DNA from: Octopus sinensis
Taxonomy: Eukaryota
Reading direction: 5' to 3'
NCBI RefSeq assembly: GCF_006345805.1
Contig: NC_043005.1
Coordinates: 90,024,001-90,088,000, forward strand
DNA: 64,000 nt
Numbering within the stretch: position 1 is the first letter of the stretch; each line of letters opens with the position of its first letter. Positions 23,976 through 61,419 of the stretch are shown one piece after another. The notes beneath the pieces were generated by a model that worked only from the letters and a program-made list of their open reading frames with translations, was not told the origin of the DNA and ran no database searches. Made by a program: the position numbers and the translations under genes.

Positions 23976-24973
23976 GTTTGTGAATGCATGTGGGGTACAT
24001 GGTCCTTATCATCACTTTTGAATTCACCAAAGATATTTAAAGTAGTCATAACTGATTGAAAAAGTAATTGGAATCAATATATTTTGTGTTATTGATCTAG
24101 TTGACCAGTTGCAAAGTGACGTTTAGTTAAAATTCAATTTGGAAAGCTATGTTATTTACCTCCCTTTGCTTCTTATAATAAAGGATTCAACGCAGTTACC
24201 TACCTTGATAACTTTCTGATTACCTGATTGTACTTTACCACAAATTCATGTCAGTGCCACGTAAGAAGCACTGGTGCCACATAAAAGGCACACAGTACAT
24301 TCTGTAAAGTGGTTGGCATTAGAAAGGGCACCCATCTGTAGAAACCATGCCAAAACGGACAATGGAATCTGGTGCAGCTCCTATCAAACTGTCCAACCAA
24401 TGCCAGCGAGAAAAACGGATGTGAAATGATGATGATGATGATGATGATGATAAACCTCATTGGATTGACCTTATTGACCTTCCCTTCTGTCCATTAAAGA
24501 TTGATAAAACCAGTGTCAGTCATTTAGTGACGTTAATTCCTCTCCAACTCATTAGTTGCCTTGTTTGTAATGTTGATGCAACCAATCAATTTGGAGCTCT
24601 ATATCGGAATTATCCAAGACCGATTAGGCTACCAAGAGTTTGCCAAAGTACTTTCCACTAAAGCTTACTTGATTTTAATACAATTTAGTCAAATAAAAAG
24701 AGGCAGGCCCATAACCTTTGCAATCCCTTCTAAACTGACGAGAGATTCATCTGGTTGATATTCAGCCTGAACATCACCATTTGTTGTGACCTTTGAACAA
24801 AACAGTTTTCTAGTTTTGTAAACTAACGAAGCATTCAACAGTTGATTAGTGCTCCTACTTGAATCCCTGTTTTAAGAAATAACTTGATGTGGGGTTTTTT
24901 TACCTCTTCATGTGTCATTTGAGATCTGTTGAAGAAATATCTTTAGTTTTCTATTTTTAATTTAATTCTCATT

Positions 24974-25182
24974 TTTATTTGGTATAAAGTCAGGTTTGTA
25001 TTAATCGTCTCATTTTAAATCACAAACGAAATATAGATGTATTTTTTTTTTTGAAAGAAACCCTAATATGAACAGTATTTCTTTTAATTGAAATAATTCT
25101 CTCTTTACAGGAAGCAGTGATTGACAACGAACGACGGAAAAAGTTAGAATTTGCTGCTGTTGATGATGTCTTACCACCAACT
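24974..25182 (-). other. Candidate terminal exon of copy B (53-aa extension if spliced; AATAAA at 24974-24979)
   Basis: ttcttttgcag|AGTTGGTGGT; inverted paralog of 19704-19910; frame open to TGA at 25020. Confidence 0.45.
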
Positions 25183-25593
25183 CTGCAAAAGAAGAAGGAA
25201 GAGCGATTAAAAACTGTGTATCATCATCATCATCATCATCATTATTATTATTATTATTATTATTTATGATTTTCTTCATCTTTCAAATTTGCTTCCATTT
25301 CTTGCAGGGTATCTTCCCGACTCCTAGGGCAAAGAAACTCATAGTATACATTGGTAGGCCATTAAACTAAACTCACTAGTTCGTTCATTTTTTTTTTTTT
25401 TTGATAGAAATAGAGTTAAATTAAAATACATGGGTAGTAATAGTTCTCACATCAACAATGCTCTTCTCAATACGTGTGATGTACCAGTTAAGCCAATCTT
25501 TTGCACTTCTTGCAGGGATAGTAAACCAGGGATCATTCTCATATAATTTTCGGTTCCCTTCTTGATCATTCCTATAATATTATTATTATTATT

Positions 25594-28360
25594 CAGTAGT
25601 TTTAGTTTTATAGCGTGCTTTCCCTATCACTACCGAGCGCAGCTCTGTGTGCCTTGGGTATGTGCTGTGATTTGTTGTGATGCTCTGATGGTTATTGTAT
25701 GGAAAGTGTTCTGCGTAGGATGTGTGCAGTGCCTAGTAGTGCAATTTTCTGTATGTTATATGTGTTTGTAAGTCCTGGTGTTTTTGTTATGTATTTGTCT
25801 GAATATTTTTTTATCATGCCTAATGCACCTACTATGATAAGAATTGTTTCTGTTTTCAGGTTCCACATTCTAGTTACCTCTATTTCCAGGTCTTTGTATT
25901 TTGAGAGTTTCTCCATTTCTTTTAGAGACACGTTGTCATCTGCCGGTATTGATACATCAATTAGAAAGCATTTTTTTCCTTCATGATCTCTGACAACTAT
26001 ATCTGGTCTGTTGGCCTTAATTTCTCTATCTGTATGTATCGGCATATCCCAGAGTATGATTGCTTTCTCGTTTTCTGTGACCTTTTCTGGTGTGTGCCTA
26101 TACCATCTTTTTTCTGTTGTTATTCCATAACGTTGGCATAGCTTCCAATGTATGTAGGTTCCAACTTTGTCATATCTGTGAATATATTCCTTCTTAGCCA
26201 GGACTGGGCAGCTAGAGATAATATGATTTATTGTTTCTTGTCCATCTCCACATATTCTGCAGTTACTTGTAATATTTCTTTTCATTACATGTTTTTGGTA
26301 ATTTCTGGTGGGGAGGCTTTGGTCTTGTGCTGCAATTAAAAATCCCTCTGTTTCTGCTTTGAGTCCTGAGCTTCTCAACCATTGCTGGGATTTTTCTTTG
26401 TCTATTTCTTTTGCGTTTAGTTTAGTGCAGTATTTACCATGAAGGGGTTTTTCTTGCCATCGTTTTATCATGGCTGGTTGCTGTTCTATTTTTAGTTTGG
26501 ATTTCATTTGTTTTATAGCTTTTGTTGTTTCTTCATCATCTTCTTCTTCTTCTTTGTGTTTATTAGGTGGTATGATTTCTTGTTTGTATTTGTCAGCTTC
26601 CTTAAATACTGAGAACTGTTTTTTGTTTTGCTCGTGTTTTGCTGCTATCTGGATCAGTTTTCCTTCCTTCTGGAGTAGGTATTTTTGCAGTCCTATGGTG
26701 GTTATTTTATAGTAGTTTTCCAGCTGTATAAGGCCTCTACCACCTTCTATACGTTGTATATATAGTCTTTCTATGTCAGATTTTGGGTGATGCATCCTAG
26801 ATCCTGTCAGTATTTTTCTTGTTTTCCTATCTATTTTGGACAGTTCATTTCGTGTCCAGTTAAGGATATTGTAGCTGTAACTTATAACTAGGACAGCTAA
26901 AGTGTTGATACCTATTATCTTGTTTTTAGCATTGAGCTCTGTTTTTAGTATTGATCTAACTCGTCTATAATATTCTTGTTTTATTTTCTCTTTCATTTGT
27001 GTGTGTTGTCTTATCTAGTTCATGGATTCCTAAGTATTTGTAAGTTTGGCTTTGGTCTAATTCTTTTATTTCATTGGTTTTTATCTAGTGTGATGTTGTT
27101 ACTCTTAACTAGTTTTCCTCTTTTCATGGTTACTTTGGCGCTTTTTTCTAATCCAAATTTCATATCTATTTCTTTGGTAAATCCATGAACTGTCTTTAAT
27201 AGTGTTTCCAGCTGTTTGTCATTTGCAGCGTATAGTTTTAGGTCATCCATATATAAAAGGTGGCTGATCGTTTTGCCGTAACATTTATATCCGCATCCAG
27301 TTCTATTTAGCATATCAGATAGAGGTGACAGTGCCAAGCAGAAAAGGAGTGGAGAGAGCGTGTCTCCCTGGAATATTCCTCTTCTAATGGGTATGTCTTT
27401 GGTTTTCATGAGTCCCTCTTTTGTTTGGAGGTGTAGGACTGTTTGCCATTTATTCATAGAGTGCTCTATGAATTTTATGATTGTTGGTGCTACTTTGTTA
27501 ATGGCTAGTGTTTCGAGGATCCATGTGTGGGGGATGCTATCAAACGCCTTTTTGTAGTCAATCCAGGCCATACTGAGGCCTTTCTTCTTTCTGTGGCTGT
27601 CTTCAGTTACGGCTTTATTAATCATTAGTTGATCTTTACAGCCATATGAGCCCTTGCGGCATCCTTTCTGCTCTTCTGGGAACAGTTTGTTTTCGTCCAG
27701 GTGCTTGTTCAGCCTTTGCGATATCACTGCAGTAAATGCCTTGAACATAGTAGGGAGGCAGGTTATTGGTCTGTAGTTTTCTGGTTTTGTTGTTTCATTT
27801 GATTTGGGAATTAAGATGGTTTTCCCCTTCGTGAGCCATTCAGGCATTGTCTCTGGCTCTGCTAGTATGCTGTTAAAGTTTTCAGCCAGCTTTTTGTGCA
27901 TTCCTGTTAGATATTTCAACCAGAAGTTGGGGATCTTGTCATGCCCAGGTGCCTTCCAGTTGCTTAGTTTTTGCAGTGCCTGGGTGACCTCTTCAGTTGT
28001 TATGGGGGTCCAAAGTTGTTCAGATGCCGAGTTTGTTATTTTCATACTCCTTTTTTTTGGCTGTTCGTTCGCCGACCATATTTCTCTCCAGAATTCTTCC
28101 AATTCTTCTGCCGTTGGTGCTGCAGTGACTTCTATTTTATTTTTGCCCAGTTCTTGGTAGAACTTTTTGGGGTCGGAGTTGAACTTTTTGTTCTGTTCAA
28201 AGAAGCGTTGGCGTTTCTCGTACCGGCGGATCCTTTGAGCTTTGGCAAGGATATCTTGCTTCAGCTTTTCTTTTATCTCCGGCAAATCTTTTTCTGTGAT
28301 GTTATATTTGCGGAGCATTTTTGTTCTCTTTTTGTTGCTCAGTAGCGTTGCTTGTTTGCT
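25594..28360 (-). mobile_element. 5'-truncated R4/Dong-like retrotransposon with one frameshift, inserted in (ATT)n
   Basis: ORFs 27071..28360 (YRPITCLP, GIFQGDTLSP, YMDDLK) and 25692..26996 (CRIC...HIISSC, RPDIVV...IDVSIP); (ATT)n on both sides. Confidence 0.92.
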
Positions 28361-28361
28361 G

Positions 28362-28418
<57 letters not shown>

Positions 28419-28784
28419 TTATGAAAATTCACAGCATATTTTGCTGGGTATAATGGAAAGTGTCAGCTGTCCACAGCCAGCAGGTTAGGGTGACACTTGT
28501 TTACTGGTCATGCTTCAAGAACCCTGTAAAGAATTCCTGCAGTTCCAGGCAATGCTGATTTTCGTAGGTGTTCTACATGGCTTTTCCAGCCATGTTGTTA
28601 GTTGAGTGCTGATACTTCCAACGGCACCAATTACTATTGGTATCGTCTCTACTCTCCTCATTCATCACAACCTTCCTATTTCCCACCACAAATAGTCATC
28701 GTTGTTTATTTTTACTTCTTTCACAGTGATCCCGTTGTCACCGGGGCATGCTATGTCGATTATCATATCTATCCATCCATCTAT

Positions 28785-28841
<57 letters not shown>

Positions 28842-28922
28842 CATCCATCCATCCATCCACCCATCCAGCCATCTATCCATCCATCCATCCATCCATCCAT
28901 CCATCCATCCATCCATCCATCC

Positions 28923-28974
<52 letters not shown>

Positions 28975-30120
28975 CCTGCGCTTCATAGACGATGGTGAAC
29001 AGGTGTGGTCGCCTTTTGTGCGACGCGCTTTCCCGCAGCCGTCTCCTAGGCCGAACTACAATCGTGGATCAAACAGAGACCGAGGCTAGGCGAATGACAC
29101 CGCGAGTGTCGCGTTGCTCTCAAGCAACTCTGCCGTCCGGGACCAAACTTGTGCGACTTCATTACAACAAAGGCGTTCTATAGAGGATTAGTGGAGGGGA
29201 GGTGCAACAACGTTCTCGGGCAGAATCTGGGCGTCGACGAGCGACACCTGACCCGCTTGTTCAGAACAACTTTCGGGCCGGGACCTATGGACAATCACCA
29301 AAGATCTCTGGCCTAGTAGTGCTATTGAGAAGCATTACCTGTTCGGGTTAAGCTCTACAGGCATGGTTCGAGACACACTGGACCTACTTGCCCGAGATGC
29401 GGTCAGAGCGACGAAACCGTTCTGCACGCACTCGTGCAGTGTCCATCCATTTTGGACCTGTGGGCTTATGCCGAACGGCTGCTGTCACGTGTGGGACGAA
29501 TCCGCCTGTCGGCCGAGTCTATCGTGTAAATTGCACCACCCACTTCCCTTAACCGGGAAGGCAAGGCAGTTTTCATCGTACTTGTGGCTATGATGAAAGA
29601 ACGTGTGTGGTGGACTTGAGCAAAAGGATTAGAGACAAACACTTACCTCTCTGGCCAATCACTCATCAACTTTTTCAAGTACCACTTGAAAAGGAAGGTG
29701 AGAATGGAAAGGCAGGTTTTGTCTCGTGAAAGTTTCAAAAAAAGGTGGGTAAATGTAACAAAGATGGTGCGTGCGAGTGACGAAACCACTTTGAGCATGA
29801 TCCTGTAAATCATAAAAGAGAGAGAGAGAGAGAGCACTTTGCTCTCATGTGCTTATTTTTCTCCCTGCCTGAGGTTACTATGGTCTTTTCTATAGGCTTT
29901 TCTTTCCACGGATGAACCTAATCTTATTAAAAAATTTTTTTTTTTTCTTTCTGTGATACACAATCCCTTTTGATCGCTTTTTTTTCTTCTGATCCCTTTT
30001 GATCGAAATTTTACATTTGTTTCCTTTTTTTCTTCTTTTTCATTTTCCATCTCCGAAAAGAAAAGCTCTACATTTGTAATTGTCCCCTCTGTGTCCAGCC
30101 CTGTGTGGCCAATAAAGAAA
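28975..30120 (+). mobile_element. L1/Tx1-clade LINE 3' fragment with 3' UTR, between (TATC)n tracts
   Basis: TCPRCGQSDETVLHALVQCP zinc knuckle; FFKYHL.RK.R.ER; AATAAA at ~30111. Confidence 0.7.
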
Positions 30121-30140
30121 ATTATCTATCTATCTATCTA

Positions 30141-30221
<81 letters not shown>

Positions 30222-30224
30222 ATG

Positions 30225-30290
<66 letters not shown>

Positions 30291-31187
30291 CCTGTCTGTC
30301 TGTCTGTCTTTCTTTCTGTCTCTCTGTTTGTCTGTCAGTCTGTTTGTCTGTTTGTCTGCCTGCCTGTCTGTCTGTCTGTCTTTCTTTCTGTCTCTCTGTC
30401 TGTTTGTCAGTCTATCTGTCTGTCTGCTTGCCTGCCTGTCCGTCTGCGTGTGCATGTGTGTGTATGCTCGCATTCATACATCTATATAAATACATGCACA
30501 CGCATGTACATGCCCACATACATACATCTATATACACCTATATACAAACATACATACATGCATTAAAATTTTGTGACCTCTGCAGATTGATTCGGTTGCT
30601 TAGTTTGACTTTCTTCCTTTACAACTTCATCCTTTTTAACACTGGAGGGAAGAAAGAAAGAAAGAAAGAAAAAGAGGAAAGAGCCAATCAGACATTTAGC
30701 AAAATAATGTTTAATATTTGAAATATGATGATGATAGTGATGATGCAGATGATGATGAATAAAATTCTTTTCTACTCTAGGCACAAGGCCCGAAATTTTG
30801 GGGGAGGGGGCCAGTCGATTAGATTGACCCAGTACGCAACTGGTATTCAATTTATTTATCGACCCTGACAGGATGAAAGGCAAAGTCCACCTCGGCGAAT
30901 TTGAATGCAGAATGTAAAGACACACGAAATACCGCTAATCATTTCGCCTGGATGATTAAGTTTCGTATTAAATCAATGATGATGTTATTGTTGATGTTGT
31001 TGTGCAAACGATGATGATGATGATGATGATGATGATAATTATGGTTATGTTGATGACAACAATAATAATGATGATGATGATGATAACAAAAATGATAATG
31101 ATGATTACATTGATGATGATGAGAATCATGATGCTACTACTGACGGTGATGATGATGTTAATGATGTTTAAATCATTTAAGAGACAC

Positions 31188-55872
<24,685 letters not shown>

Positions 55873-56153
55873 CTGCGATGAGAAATATGAAAATTATTTA
55901 ATGCATACATTTTATAATTTTGATAATAATTTTGTTTCCGAATTGTAGAAACAGTGTTTCTTGGAGACCCCTTCCATAGTCAGTGTGTATTCTAATGACT
56001 TTGTTGTAGGAACAACGGTCGTGTGACAGTCTCAGAATCGATTGTATAATAGGGAAGGAGTCACTGTCAAAGGTACCACAGTTCATTGGCTCGGGAACAG
56101 TGCGAGTACAGCCACTAAAATTTGGTGGTGCAGGAGCAATGAAAACGCTTTAA

Positions 56154-56500
56154 ACGAGCAGAAGTAGTGGAGGAGCATCATAGCCATGTGTTGAGAGGGA
56201 TTCTTTGGGGTTTGAATATTTCACCTCTGGAAACATGGGTGTTTCGTTCAACATCCTTAAACAACGCTTATTCAGGGACCTTTTGAGCGGGATGGGTTAC
56301 TCGACCAGAAGAAAATACTAACTGGGCTCCACCTGCAAGGTCATGTGCTGTTTATCTTGATATGAGATCACCATGTCGCGCACATATGGTTGTGATGCAT
56401 GTGCCAAGTTTGCCCTTATCAGACGGGTAGTCATGATGGGTGTACTGGGCTTTGTATATGTTACCCCAATGTTACTTTGATGGCAGGCACTGCCCTCTCA
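56154..56500 (+). mobile_element. 3' UTR fragment of the R4/Dong family at 7094-11855, with AAT tail
   Basis: Reverse complement of 7101-7447. Confidence 0.88.
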
Positions 56501-57488
56501 ATGATAATAACAATAAATATTATTATAACTGTGTTTGTTTCAATATTAAGATTGAAAAAAGACTGAACTCATTTTGTAAAGTATTTTGGATCTGGGTTTG
56601 CACTCCTAGACAAATTTCATTCCTGCACTTAAACCGCTGTTGGAAGTTAATCCAGAATCTTTTATGTAGAGGGACTTTGTTGTAAAGATTGTTTTCAAGA
56701 ATTAGTCTCAGAATCTTTACTGACCCAGGAGTTATATTGGAAAAATTAGCAATAATCATTGCCAGAACATTTCATATGGCGACAATGTCTTGGAACCACA
56801 ATCAATATCCAGTCCCAGCATACATTGCGCCTTAGAGATGTACTTTTGTAGAAGTCTCTATCAATGGAACCCCAGAACTTATTATATTGTTGGGACACTA
56901 ATCAAAGGACGAGTGTCAGCAGCCAGTCCCAGAATGTTGTATATTGTCAAGAAGCTGATCTAGTGACCACTGCGAAAACAGCCACACAAAGAATCTTCCG
57001 TGTGGTAGGGAAAGCTAAAGTGTATATAAGCTTATTGTATATAAAGTGTATATATAAGTGTACATAAAGTGTATATAAGCTAATTGAGCAAATGTAATAA
57101 AGAACATAAATGAACTAAACTGTTTTTTGTAAAGTAGTGCACTGCCTCTTACAGCATCTGCCTCGCAGACATAGAAAATACTCAACTAACATTGTTCAAA
57201 AAATGAAACAGAATATGTAGAAGAGAGAGTGGAGGGAAGAGACCGAGAGAGAGAGAGAGGGGAGAGAGAGAGAAATGGCGCGATCAGGTTCAAAAGCTAT
57301 GGACACAAAAAATATTTATGTACGTGTGTACGCTGTGTGTGCATGTGTGTGTGTTCATGTATGCATGTGTTTAGGCATATATCTGTATATGCATACATAC
57401 ATGTATATATATATAGAGATAGAGACACACACACATACATATATGAACATATGTATATAGGTGTAAATGTCTACATGCGTATGTGTGT

Positions 57489-57574
<86 letters not shown>

Positions 57575-58288
57575 TCGATGTGTGCGTATGACCATGCCGT
57601 TGCGCTTGACTGCCTTAGCCAACAATCAAAGGTGTACACACGCTAAGCCGTTCTATCTAATGCCACAAACACCCCTCCACACCCCACTTCATTTCCATTA
57701 GATTCTTTGTATTTATTTTTTATTTGTTATTTTTTTCATTTTTAGCAACGACTTCTTGACCAAAACTATAAATCCCCTCCCCATCCCTATTTCCATTACA
57801 TTCTTCATGGTTTCATTTTTAAAATTTTTTTCCTCTGCACAAATTCCTCAACCAAATGTGTCTGAACTGCTAGCATCTCACCACCACCATATAACCTGGA
57901 GCGGAAACGAAATGTAAATCTGGTAAAGTTTGAAGTATGTTACGTCACCTGATGAGGTTATTTTGCACTGTGCGTTGCATCTGATGTGACTACATCGTCT
58001 CACGTTCACTAGGGAGCAGTGCTTAATGAAACCGAAATGATTGTTGAAACGTTTCGAGCGGAGCTCTTCGTCAGAAATATAGAAAGCTTCTAGTTACCGT
58101 CTTATGCATTAATCATTTAAAATATACCCTACGCGCATCTCGGAATTCCGGATGTAGATCCAACCACAAACGTTCAGTAACGCTGATGAGGTCTGGTCGT
58201 CATAAGTGGGGAACGTGCTCTGTAGGCACAATTCCCTTGGATTTACCCTGAAACAAGCTTTCTAAATCTTCTTTCATTCTAAATCTAA

Positions 58289-58375
<87 letters not shown>

Positions 58376-58418
58376 CTATATATATATTTGTGTGTGTGTG
58401 TTTATACATACACACACT

Positions 58419-58457
<39 letters not shown>

Positions 58458-58508
58458 TTGTGTGTGTGTATACATTCATATATATATATATTGTGTGTGT
58501 ATACATTC

Positions 58509-58554
<46 letters not shown>

Positions 58555-60293
58555 AGTATATATATAGTATATATATATAAATCATATAGTATAGGTAGTA
58601 ATTCCTGCTTTTTATGTTCTAGTGAATTTAGAGAAATGTTATTTAATAATCATGATAAATGAGTTAATTCATTTAACGAGCGTAAAATTAAATGTAGACC
58701 CAAATTACCTTACTTATATAATACATTTTTATATAAATAGCGACTATATTTAAACCCTATTTTTGTTTCTAAATTGTAGTTATATTTTGTACTAGTATTA
58801 ATTTAGCATGTGATTTTATATTGTATATTACATAATTTAATAACTCTAAATTAATATTTATTATTAAATAAATAAATAATTAAATAAATTGATTAATTAA
58901 TTGTAGTAGTGTTGTGATTGCACTTCTGTAGGTGGTTTGAATATAAGTCAATAAGAGTTAGTAAAGGTTTTTTTAAATACTTAGTGTTAGATTATATTTA
59001 GATGTTTATTTTATTACTAAATATATAATTTATTTAATGAATATAGATTAAAAGATAGTTATTTTGTTTTTTTGTGGTTGATATTGTTATTATTATTATG
59101 CTTATTATATGTCTACTAAATTTTATAGGATTAAGTATATATATATATTTTTGGTAATAGTTTTAGTAACGTTAAATAAACAATTTTGAATATGTAGTAA
59201 AATTTTCTTTTCTTTATGTACTATTTATTTATAATGATATGTACTTTATTTATTCAATTAATGAGCGAAATATTTGATCTAAATATAAATTACTTTAATT
59301 ATATAAGTTTAATTTATTATTTTAACATATATCTTTGTTATAAATGACAGTAAAGTTTATAGTTTTTAATTATTTTTAATATATTAATCAAAATGTGTTT
59401 ATATTATATATTTCGAATTAGATTTATTTAGATGTTTATTTAATTAATTAATATTATTTATTAATGAATATTAATTACATTATAGTTTTTTAAATTAACT
59501 TAAGTTTATCAATTAGTAGGTATAATATAGATACTGATTGAATTAGTACTGAATTAATATTGAATGTGTCTAAAAGTTGTTTTATTTAAATAAAGATTTG
59601 GCTCCAACGTAACCATATTTATATATATGAAATAAATTAAATAAATTAATTAATTAATTGTAGTAGTGTTGTGATTGCACTTCTGTAGGTGGTTTGAATA
59701 TAAGTCAAGATTATTAGAGAATGTACAGTAAATAGTAGTTATATAAATTATTTTAATTTATAGAGTTGTGAATATAATTTATCGTAGTTAATTCTAAATT
59801 CTAAATTTTAGTTTTATAGTGAAAGATATTACTGTGTATCGTGATTCTATTCTCTATTAGTGACTTTATTCTCTTTATCTATTAAAGCTAAAATATATTC
59901 GTAGTTTTCATTGATAAAGTGTATATTTCTATCTGTTTGTTCTATTTCTGTTAATAACGTAATTCCACGAGTTTTTATAAATGCTTAAAAAGGCATTTTC
60001 CGTTTTGAAGTTTTAGTTAATGACACGCTTTTTGAGAGATAAATAAACTTTTTTATTTAAGAAATTTTATTGATTTTATATTTTTTTTTATTTGTTAATG
60101 ATAATTTAGATATGTACATTTATTTAATTATTATTAGTATATCTGAAAGTAAATATATCTGAAAGTAAATTTCAAGATATTAGTTAGTCACTTTGCGAAA
60201 TAGATCGTAAAAATGTTTTTGATAAATGTGATGATAATAGTAATAATAAGTATTTTATAAAGATAGGTTATACGTAGTCGAATGATATATATG

Positions 60294-60352
<59 letters not shown>

Positions 60353-60379
60353 CTTCCTTTCTGTCTGTCTTTCTCCTTG

Positions 60380-60418
<39 letters not shown>

Positions 60419-60712
60419 TCCTCATCTCTCTCACTGCCGAACTTCCTTTCACTGGCAGCTTTCTACAAGTCAACATCACTTTTTTTGCGCTCTGAATTTA
60501 TCCATCGTCTAGGCTTAAAAAGCAGCCCTTAATGTTGGTTTCTTTGTCCTGTTTTTATTCTTTATGTGTACTCTATTTTTTTGTATTTGTATTTTTATTT
60601 GTAATTATATTTTATTTGTATTGCTTTTACGTCCTGTTCTTGTCACATTTTTTTCTTTCCTTGTTTTTACCCCTCTGCAAAGAAATTGTATTTAATTCCT
60701 CTGCAGGAAGGA

Positions 60713-60788
60713 CTGGATCGGCGGATCGTGTTCTGTCCTTACCTTCGAAACACGCATTGAGTCGATCCAGGGACAGCTGATGAAGGGG
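60713..60788 (+). ncRNA. Candidate non-circularly permuted hammerhead ribozyme
   Basis: CGTGT-T-CTGTCC ... CCTTC-GAAA-CACG ... GGACAG-CTGATGA-AGGGG; stems I and III pair perfectly, stem II is weak. Confidence 0.5.
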
Positions 60789-60908
60789 AATATTCCTTGT
60801 ATTGTTTGCCTTGTACTCTGTTTTTTCGTTGTTAAAAAAAGTCCGTTTCCTAGTTGTTTTTATGTTTTCGTTTCTCGTTGTGTTCTACGTTTATTTGTGG
60901 TGCCTTTA

Positions 60909-60993
<85 letters not shown>

Positions 60994-61191
60994 GCATGTA
61001 TATATACATGTAGATGTAGGTACGTACATATATGTATGTATGCATATATTTTATTTATTACATTATATATATATATATATATATTGTTATATAGTTAATC
61101 CAAACATGAATAAAGAGAAAACACAATAACGCGAGGACGTGGAACAAGTGTAGTGTTATTGGACGCTCATGAAAGGAAAGAAAGAAGGAGG

Positions 61192-61226
61192 ATTTAACGT
61201 TTCGAGCGGAGCTCGTCATCAGAAAT
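61192..61226 (-). ncRNA. Minimal type I hammerhead motif (Penelope-type)
   Basis: ATTT-CTGATGA-C-GAGC-TCC-GCTC-GAAA-CG-TT-AAAT; palindromic AACGTT stem III; variant at 58047-58078(-). Confidence 0.6.
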
Positions 61227-61312
61227 ATAGAAAGATAAGTCCAAGGAAGGAAAGTCGGAGAAGAAAATCACCAACGATACACACGCGGTCACATATTTAA
61301 GAATATGGTTAA

Positions 61313-61419
<107 letters not shown>

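Noticed and set aside
58180-58260. CTGATGAG...GAAAC hammerhead
   Set aside because: Could not form consistent stems I-III
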